From the IMG/VR virus record IMGVR_UViG_3300048575_000392, positions 1 to 64,000 of that record: a stretch of DNA of 64,000 nt. The stretch is one strand, 5' to 3'. This stretch comes from a virus. Lineage: Duplodnaviria > Caudoviricetes. The notes below the pieces were generated by a model, which did no database searches, was not told the origin of the DNA, and worked only from the letters and a program-made list of their open reading frames with translations. Positions 25,084 through 32,174 of this stretch are shown one piece after another (position 1 is the stretch's first letter; each line of letters starts with the position of its first letter). Made by a program: the position numbers and the translations under genes.

Positions 25084-26562
25084 TTACATGGACTTGATGA
25101 GACGGAGCGTGCCGTCGTTGAGGGGCATGCCCTTGTTGAGCCGCTCCTCGATGATGGCTGCGTCCTGCGCCGTCATCTTGCCGCTCTGGACGGCCTGCAT
25201 GGACTTCTGGATGATCTCCTGACGGGTCATCGAGGTCTGCTTGCCGTCGGAGCCCACGAAACTGCGCTCCTGCTTGTTGACGACCGCCTGGCGGGGGGCC
25301 GGGGCATCGGCGAGGCTCTTCACGAGCTTGCCGGTGTTGACGAGGGCGCCTCCCATGGACTTCTGAAAGGCGACCATATCGCCCACGGACTTCTCGAGGG
25401 CGGACATCCGCCTGGAGATGCCCTTCGTGAGGTTGTCGAGGTACGGCGTCACGTCGAGGAAGTCGGCGGACGACTCCCGCATCTCGTCGTACAGGGACTT
25501 CTGCATCCCCTTCTTGGGAGCCTTCGCGGGGGCCCTGGCAGGCTCCTCGTGGGTCTCCTCCTCGCCCTCGCCGTCGAGGTCGTCCTTGTCGTCGTTGGCT
25601 TCGACGGCCTCTTCCGGGGGAAGCTCGGGGAAGCCATTGTCGGTCTCCTCCTCGCCCTCGGCCTCAGCCTTGCCCTTCTTGGGCGGATTCTTCATGGACT
25701 TTTCGAGAGTCGCGATGGACTCGTCGAATGCCTTCTCGAGTTCGGGGTCTTTCATAAGAACCTCCTCCTTGAACTTGTCTTTCTTGGAAAGTACGTCGCT
25801 CAGAATTGCCTTCGCCTCTTCGGGCGAGCATCCACGGTTCTTCAAGAGCTGTTCGGCTTCGTCTTCATCGCTCACGTCTCCGTAGGCCATGGCCATGACA
25901 ACGGCGTAAACATCGGGCTTGCGCCGCTTGCCGCCGTCCAAGTCGGACGGGATCATGGCCCGGCCTCCGGTCATCGCGGAGGAATCGGTTCCGAATCCCG
26001 CCTGAAGGGATTTCACGAACGCGGCGCTCGAGAGCGCCACGGGTTCGAGCGTTTGGTTGACCGGCTTGAAGGTGATCGCGAGCTCGTCCCACAGGACCTT
26101 CACGACCTTCTCGATCGCCTGGCCGATGCGAGAATCCCAGCCCGAGACCACCTCGGGCCGCTTGCCACCTACGGAGGTCTTCAGCCTCGTCGAGCCGTCC
26201 TTGAGCTTTTTCACGATCTCGCGGGCGATCGAGTTCGACTTGTAGAGCTTCGCCTTGACGAAAGTCCGGTCGCCCTCCGACCACACGTCGATGGGCTCTC
26301 CGATGATGTACTTTTCCGGGGACCAGTTCGGGTCCTCAGGGTCGGGGCGGAGGTGGCGATGGTCATAGGAGATGACGCCGTTCGCGAGGAAGTATTCCTT
26401 CGAGCCGAGAAGTGCACGCTGAAGCACGACCTGACCGTCGAAGTCCAGGTTCTCGTTCGACGCTTCGGCTTCGATGATCCAGTTGCCGTGTTCGTCGGTT
26501 TCGATGGCCTTCGACAGACTCAGTTCGAGGTAGACACGCTCTCCGAGCTCGATGTCGTCCAT
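25084..26562 (-). CDS. Prohead protease-scaffold fusion
   Basis: IIEAEASNENLDFDGQ, ISYDH, YIIGEP, TSVGG, LAIT..PVN protease motifs, then an acidic coiled-coil scaffold with repeated hydrophobic-x-KS; ATG at 26562 has an RBS. Confidence 0.88.
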   Translation of the reverse strand: MDDIELGERVYLELSLSKAIETDEHGNWIIEAEASNENLDFDGQVVLQRALLGSKEYFLANGVISYDHRHLRPDPEDPNWSPEKYIIGEPIDVWSEGDRTFVKAKLYKSNSIAREIVKKLKDGSTRLKTSVGGKRPEVVSGWDSRIGQAIEKVVKVLWDELAITFKPVNQTLEPVALSSAAFVKSLQAGFGTDSSAMTGGRAMIPSDLDGGKRRKPDVYAVVMAMAYGDVSDEDEAEQLLKNRGCSPEEAKAILSDVLSKKDKFKEEVLMKDPELEKAFDESIATLEKSMKNPPKKGKAEAEGEEETDNGFPELPPEEAVEANDDKDDLDGEGEEETHEEPARAPAKAPKKGMQKSLYDEMRESSADFLDVTPYLDNLTKGISRRMSALEKSVGDMVAFQKSMGGALVNTGKLVKSLADAPAPRQAVVNKQERSFVGSDGKQTSMTRQEIIQKSMQAVQSGKMTAQDAAIIEERLNKGMPLNDGTLRLIKSM

Positions 26563-26580
26563 GCGTCTCCATGGCGCGGA

Positions 26581-26635
26581 AAAACAAAAAGGGCCGCACG
26601 CCCCGAAGGGTATGCGGCCCGAGTCTTTCGGCACC
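26581..26635 (-). terminator. Conserved leader plus intrinsic terminator, copy 2 (before the head/tail operon)
   Basis: 49 bp identical to copy 1; U-tract TTTTTGTTTT. Confidence 0.85.
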
Positions 26636-26648
26636 TACTACTGCTCTA

Positions 26649-26690
26649 AAATTACCGTATCAGAATGCTCCACGCAAGTGGGAAAGTCAA
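26649..26690 (-). promoter_or_regulatory. sigma70-like promoter(s) upstream of copy 2
   Basis: TTGACT-17-CATTCT and overlapping TTGCGT-17-TAATTT; AT-rich intergenic region. Confidence 0.55.
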
Positions 26691-26911
26691 GCCACCGTTT
26701 TCCTTCCTCGTAACAGGGCCATGTAGGCGGCCTCCGCAGCCACGTTCCCTCCCTGGGCCTTCCGCCTCAGGATCTCCACGTTCGCCTGGTTGTCGTCGAA
26801 GACCTCCCCCGTGGCGGCCTCGATCTCCTTCCCCTTCGCCTCGGCTTCGGCTCGGCGCCGTCCGATGCGCGCAAGGAGCCCGTATAGCTCCTCCCTCCTG
26901 TCCTGCTTCAT
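26687..26911 (-). CDS. Small helical hypothetical protein
   Basis: ATGA overlap with the upstream ORF; 74 aa. Confidence 0.55.
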   Translation of the reverse strand: MKQDRREELYGLLARIGRRRAEAEAKGKEIEAATGEVFDDNQANVEILRRKAQGGNVAAEAAYMALLRGRKTVA

Positions 26912-27210
26912 GCTTCCCTCCATTCGCCATGCTCGAGCCAGCCGTGCCAGGTGTGTTTCGCGGTCCACTCCGGCGGTGAATTCGGATAGCCACCACGGCC
27001 CCAGAAGATCGAGGGGCTAACCGTGATCGTGCCGTCTTCATGTTCGGTAACGCTCCACGTCGAGACATCGGCGGTCAAAAGGAAGCCGTCGTCGTCACGC
27101 GGCACTGGGGCGGCGACCTGCCAATGGCCGTCCTTGTCCTTCCAATAGTTTCCGGGTTCAACGGGCGAGCTGGTGATATTTCCCGGATTCTCTATGCGTC
27201 GCCCCTTCAT
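26908..27210 (-). CDS. Small protein, DUF6527-like
   Basis: WSVTEHEDGTITVSPSI...WHGWLEHGEW pattern; ATGA overlaps at both ends. Confidence 0.5.
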   Translation of the reverse strand: MKGRRIENPGNITSSPVEPGNYWKDKDGHWQVAAPVPRDDDGFLLTADVSTWSVTEHEDGTITVSPSIFWGRGGYPNSPPEWTAKHTWHGWLEHGEWREA

Positions 27211-30200
27211 GCGGCCTTCTCCTTGTCGATCCCCTGATTGTAACGGTCCTGCCGAACGGCCGCGATCGTCGCCGCGAGGCCCGTGTCGTCGAGTACGCCG
27301 GGGTCCTCCTCGAAGATGCTCCCGATGGCTTTCTTGCGCTGGATGCGCTCCCACTTCTTCTTCTCGTGTTCCGTGTCGGACACGATGTCGTGGTACTCGA
27401 TCTCCTTGTGAGCCTGACCCATGCGGTCGATGCGGCCTTCGCGCTGTTGCTTCACCCACGAGGTCTGAGGCAGGTCGAAGTTCATGAGGTAGGCCGCGTT
27501 CTGAAGGTTGAGGCCCGTCGCGCCGGCATCCGAGCACAGGATGATGTCGTAGATTCGGTCTTTCGGGTTCGGGGGGTTGAACCCTACCTTGACCTTCTCC
27601 TTCTCGGCTCCGTTCATGCTGCCCTGGATGATCCCGACCCGGCATCCCTTCGCTTCGAGGGCGGCCCGGAGATTCTCCACGGTCTGGATGTTGTGGGCAA
27701 AGATGACACCGGGCTTCCGGTCGCCCGCTTGGCTTGCCGTCTTCGGGTTGGCCTCCTCGTAGACCTTCTTCTCGATGATGTCGACCGCCCGGCTGATCTT
27801 AGCGTTCTTCTTCCAGTCGAACTGGTTCACGACGCGGTTGAGCGCCTCCTCCTTGATCGTCCCGGAGGACTCCTGGAGGCGTCGCGCGATCTCCTCATGC
27901 TTCGCCTCGGGCTGATTCCTGAACGAGCTCGGGGAGAGCGCCCTCATGGCCTCCACGTCGACGGTGCCCGAGCGCTGCGCCTTGCTCGCGCGCTGGAACA
28001 TCGTCTCGACGTTGGCGTACTCGGCCGCCTGCTCCCCGGTGAGGGGGACGATTTCCTTCTTGGAGACCTTCTTGACCCCAGTCACGGTGGGACTCGCATA
28101 GTTGTAGCGCGAGATGAGCCGCTGTAGGGACCGGCGAGCGAAGTCCGAATCGACCCCGTACCGCTTGATGAACTCGTTCCGGTCGTTGAATCGGTCCGGA
28201 GCTACCTTGTGGAGCATGTCGAAGGCCTCTGAAATGTCGTTCTTGACCGGCGTGGCGGTCTGGTTCATGAAGTACGTGACATTCTGGTTCAGAGCATCGA
28301 TGACGTTCGAGAGCGTCGTGTCCTCTTTCCCCTTCCGGTTCGTCGTGTAGTGGGCCTCGTCCACGGTGAGCATGTCGAAGGCAATGCCCTCCTTCTTCAA
28401 TGCCTCGCCAAGCAGGCGTTGACGCTCCTCGGGCGACTGGGCATTGAAGTGAGCCTTCATCGCCTCCGGGTCCTTGTCGTTGTGCTTGGCCATAAGGTGC
28501 ACCATATCGTCCCGGAGGGACTGGTGCGTGAAGACCACCATATCGAGCTTTCCGTCCTTCATGGCCTGGATGCGATCGTCTCGGGAGAGCGAGGGGTCCG
28601 ACTTCACACGGTACTTTCCCGGCTCGCAGAAGACGTTCACCTCATTGCCGAACTGCGAAAGAACGACCGAGGGAACCGCGAAGATCGCACGTTTCGCCTT
28701 TCCCTTCGACTTCAGCTCCGTGAAGGCGCCGATCGAGATGATCGTCTTCCCTTTTCCGGTCCCGAAGGTGAGGTTCATCCTCTTCGTCGCCTCGAACATC
28801 TTGATGGCGCGCTGGCGCTCGCCCTTCGCCTGCATCGTGGACACGGCGTATCGCTGCCCGCGGAGCTGATTCCTAGACAGGTCGGGGATCATGGATGCGA
28901 GCTGGGTCTCCGCGCGCCTCCCGATCGAGAGAATCTCGGTTCCGTCGTCCTGCTTGAGGTCATCCCCGCCGAACATGTCGCCCTGGGCGGCCTCGGCGCG
29001 CTTCTTCTCCTCGATGTACTCCCCGAGCTTGTCTTTCCACGAGCCCGAGGCGAAGCGGCCGTTGGCCCGGTTCGCTAGCTCGCCTCCGGCCTCGCCCATC
29101 TCGCGCTTGAAGCGATCGGTGTAGGAGTCCCGGACATCCTTGTGGAGCATCCCGAGCACGTGATCCTGGGCGTTCCTGATCTTCTCGACCTTCGTGGCGA
29201 GCTTCTTCCCCGTCACCCTGCCGTAGTTTTTGATGAAGCGCTCTGTGAAATCCCCGCGGATGCGGTCGATGATGGCGGCCTGGGCCCGGTCGGTGTCTCC
29301 GTGCATCCGGGCATACTCACCCCAGGGACTCTTCTCCTGGCGGCTCTCTCCCGCGTTGAATTCCTCCTCGGTATGCCCGGACATCCACTTTAGGTAGTGG
29401 TCCTTCATCTGGCTCTGGTAGAGCTCTTCCAGCTTCCCAGGGAGCTCTCCCTCGAGCTTCTTCACCTCGCGCTCGGCCGCGGCCGCGTCCGTGACCATGG
29501 ACGGGTCGCGCAGGTCGTCGATCGCGTCGAAGAGCTCACGGGCTCCGTCCACATTCGCCCGATACGTCGCCCAGTTGCCGGGTACGACTCGAGCCAGAGG
29601 GGGGATGTCCTTCTCGCCGAACATGTCTTCCGTCGAGTGGTTCTCGATGAGGTCCTGACGGATCGCCGCGAAGGCTGCCTCCTCGCTTCCCCCGTTCTCC
29701 CCCTTGAGGAACTTCGCCCAAGCCCCCTGCCGGGACGCCGCCTTGCCCGTCGCGAGGTTCTGCCCTGACGTGGCCTCGGCCATGCTCCCCTTGTAGATGT
29801 TCCGCTCCCAGTACCGTCGGAGGTCGGTCTGATCCTGCGGGGTAAGGTCTTCCAGGAGCTTGAAGGCAAAGGCCCCTTCGGGCATCTCGCCGAGAGTCCG
29901 GTGAACGGCCTCCTCGGTCTTGTGGATCGCCTCCGCGTCGTCCCCGAGGCTCTGGTTGTCCACGTCTCCTGCCGGGGTTTCGGTGTCGGGGCCGGGGTCG
30001 TCGAAGCTCTCGGCGTCGCGACGGACGAGGCCCGCCGGCAGCCAGTTCTCCTCGTCGCGCTCCCCGGCCTTGATGGCGTCGACTTCCTCCTCGATCTGGA
30101 GCTCCTCGGCGTCGACCGGGTGGATGAGCTTGTCGGGGGTCTTGATCGTCACCACCTTGCTTCCGCCGACCGAATCGATGGCATAGTCGTCTTTCGACAG

Positions 30201-32174
30201 CCCGAGGGCGTGCATCCTGACGATCGCGTCCTCGTTCGAGATATCCCCGAGGTTGACCTCCAGGCTTTCCGGGTCTTTCGAGCCCTTGAGCTCCACAACC
30301 ATAGCCGCGGAGGCTTCGAGGCTCCCAAGGGCCTGGCCGATGATGCGATTCGCCTCATCGAGGTAGGAAAGCCGTGACTCGTTGAGCTCGGCCGCGGCCG
30401 CGAGGTCGGCGGGGTTGGCCGCGATCTCTTCCTTGATCGATTCGGCTCGCGCGAGGAGGTCCTTTCCCCTCTCGATGGCCTCGGAGGCGATGGTCTCGTT
30501 GACGGCTTCGTGGTAGCGCGCCATGCCCTCCGCGAAGGTCTTGTAGTCCTCCGTGGACATCGATCGGCGAGCCATCATCGCTAGGAGCTTCGAACTCGCC
30601 CCGACCCCGAGAAGGTCGACAGCATCGCGGTCGAGGCCTTCCGTCTTCATGGCTGCCAGGGCGATAGAGTTGAAACCGGAGTAGTTGCCGTTGGCTATCC
30701 ACTTCTCGGCGCCGCCGGGGTTCTTCGCGATCGCGTCGAGAAGGGAGGAGTGAACGGTCGCCTGGCGCTCCGTCTTGATTCTCTCAGCCTCGCTCTCGAG
30801 GTCGGCGTCCAGGAGCTCGTGGAAGTCCAGCGTGACGCCCTTGCCGTAGGCGAGGTCCTCGACTGAATCGGCGGCTTCGTCGGCCGTCCCGTCGAGCTTG
30901 ATTTGGGTCCCGCCGTCCTTCTTCTTGTCGAGCTCGGCGAGCTTCTTCTTCATCTCCAGATAGTGCTTCAGGACCTCCGTCTTCTTGTCCACCTCGGCTA
31001 TTGGGGCGCGGGGCGTCTCCTCGCGCTCGTACATGTCGTTCTTGACGCCGTTGATCCGCCGGTTCGTCTCAATGCCGCGGGTGATCATGAAGGCCAGACT
31101 GGGGTTATCCTTTGCGATCTCGGCCATGCGCTCGGAGAACATCTCGTCCTTCTCCTGCTTCAAGGCCTCCTCGTCCAGACCGCCCTTCTTTTCGGCGCTC
31201 TCCCGGTATCCGGCCACGAAGCCCTTGCCGTGCCCGGAATTCTCCTTTTTGAGCACTTCCCCGGCGCCGGTGTCTCCGCCAAGGCCGGCCTCCACCTGCG
31301 CCCGCAGGTCCGCGTCGCCGATGAGCTCGCGCTGTATCTGCCTCACGGCATCCTTAGCTGAGGACATGAAGTTCGCCCTCTGGCTCTTGACGGCGCGCTC
31401 CTCGGCCTTCTTGTTGACTTCGAGCTCCTTCTCCAGCCGCTTCACGGCCACCTTGTCCCCGTCCTCCTCGGCCTGCGTCATCTCTTCGAGGAGGGCCTTC
31501 CGCGGCTGGGCGAAGTCTTCCTCGATCGGGGACGGGTCCCACCCCATGAGGTCGGCCATGTAGGAGGTGAAACCCTCTTCGGCCTCAGCTCGGGCCTTCT
31601 TTTCTTCCGCCACGGCCTGTTTTTGCAGATCCTTGGCTGCCTTCTTCTGGGACTTGTACTCCTTCCGCTCGTCGGCGCCCATGCGGGAGACTTCCTCTTG
31701 CTCTCGGAGCTTCTCCTCGAGCTGCTTCCGCTTCTTGTCTTCCTTCCGCTGCTCCATCGCCTGGGCGTACTCGTCCTTGCTCTTGATCTTGTTCAGCTTG
31801 AGCCCGTTGAGCTTGCCGCCGGCGCCGGCGATGACGTGGGCCGTCCCGCTGCCGGTATCCTGGATTAGGACCGGAGTCCCGTCTTCTGCCCCATTTGGAT
31901 GGACCGTGATCCACCGCGCACCCCGCGGAAGAGCCGCCTTCGCCTTCGGGGCGGCAGCCTGGCGCTCTCCTCCGGTTCCGGCGCCGATGGACTCGGCCTT
32001 CTGGAGGCGGATGTACTCCCGCGCCACGCGGAGCGACTTCTGCATGGTGAAATACTCGCGGATCGAGAGTTCGGTATACCCGTCGGGCTCTACGTCCAGG
32101 ACGCCGGACTTCCGAAGCTGTTCGAGCCCCTCGGGCCTGTATGCGTAGCTTTCGATTCTGTAGAACATGCTCAC
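27207..32174 (-). CDS. Giant (1655 aa) probable head-packaged protein with C-terminal SNF2/SF2 helicase-like domain
   Basis: FGTGKGKT, DEAH, TATPVKN, SDAGATGLNLQ, QREGRIDRMGQ; N-terminal WITVHPNG..PVLI..GAGGKLNG motif. Confidence 0.85.
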   Translation of the reverse strand: MSMFYRIESYAYRPEGLEQLRKSGVLDVEPDGYTELSIREYFTMQKSLRVAREYIRLQKAESIGAGTGGERQAAAPKAKAALPRGARWITVHPNGAEDGTPVLIQDTGSGTAHVIAGAGGKLNGLKLNKIKSKDEYAQAMEQRKEDKKRKQLEEKLREQEEVSRMGADERKEYKSQKKAAKDLQKQAVAEEKKARAEAEEGFTSYMADLMGWDPSPIEEDFAQPRKALLEEMTQAEEDGDKVAVKRLEKELEVNKKAEERAVKSQRANFMSSAKDAVRQIQRELIGDADLRAQVEAGLGGDTGAGEVLKKENSGHGKGFVAGYRESAEKKGGLDEEALKQEKDEMFSERMAEIAKDNPSLAFMITRGIETNRRINGVKNDMYEREETPRAPIAEVDKKTEVLKHYLEMKKKLAELDKKKDGGTQIKLDGTADEAADSVEDLAYGKGVTLDFHELLDADLESEAERIKTERQATVHSSLLDAIAKNPGGAEKWIANGNYSGFNSIALAAMKTEGLDRDAVDLLGVGASSKLLAMMARRSMSTEDYKTFAEGMARYHEAVNETIASEAIERGKDLLARAESIKEEIAANPADLAAAAELNESRLSYLDEANRIIGQALGSLEASAAMVVELKGSKDPESLEVNLGDISNEDAIVRMHALGLSKDDYAIDSVGGSKVVTIKTPDKLIHPVDAEELQIEEEVDAIKAGERDEENWLPAGLVRRDAESFDDPGPDTETPAGDVDNQSLGDDAEAIHKTEEAVHRTLGEMPEGAFAFKLLEDLTPQDQTDLRRYWERNIYKGSMAEATSGQNLATGKAASRQGAWAKFLKGENGGSEEAAFAAIRQDLIENHSTEDMFGEKDIPPLARVVPGNWATYRANVDGARELFDAIDDLRDPSMVTDAAAAEREVKKLEGELPGKLEELYQSQMKDHYLKWMSGHTEEEFNAGESRQEKSPWGEYARMHGDTDRAQAAIIDRIRGDFTERFIKNYGRVTGKKLATKVEKIRNAQDHVLGMLHKDVRDSYTDRFKREMGEAGGELANRANGRFASGSWKDKLGEYIEEKKRAEAAQGDMFGGDDLKQDDGTEILSIGRRAETQLASMIPDLSRNQLRGQRYAVSTMQAKGERQRAIKMFEATKRMNLTFGTGKGKTIISIGAFTELKSKGKAKRAIFAVPSVVLSQFGNEVNVFCEPGKYRVKSDPSLSRDDRIQAMKDGKLDMVVFTHQSLRDDMVHLMAKHNDKDPEAMKAHFNAQSPEERQRLLGEALKKEGIAFDMLTVDEAHYTTNRKGKEDTTLSNVIDALNQNVTYFMNQTATPVKNDISEAFDMLHKVAPDRFNDRNEFIKRYGVDSDFARRSLQRLISRYNYASPTVTGVKKVSKKEIVPLTGEQAAEYANVETMFQRASKAQRSGTVDVEAMRALSPSSFRNQPEAKHEEIARRLQESSGTIKEEALNRVVNQFDWKKNAKISRAVDIIEKKVYEEANPKTASQAGDRKPGVIFAHNIQTVENLRAALEAKGCRVGIIQGSMNGAEKEKVKVGFNPPNPKDRIYDIILCSDAGATGLNLQNAAYLMNFDLPQTSWVKQQREGRIDRMGQAHKEIEYHDIVSDTEHEKKKWERIQRKKAIGSIFEEDPGVLDDTGLAATIAAVRQDRYNQGIDKEKAA

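Noticed and set aside
23455-26649. 1064-aa plus-strand ORF (likewise 16613-18562, 38622-41573, 13838-15496, 32705-34357, 45461-47116, 62058-63158)
   Set aside because: Antisense shadows of GC3-biased minus-strand genes: L/V/R/G/H-rich, with no RBS/promoter and no recognisable motifs. Only 34374-34580 shows a promoter, an RBS and the compositional switch.
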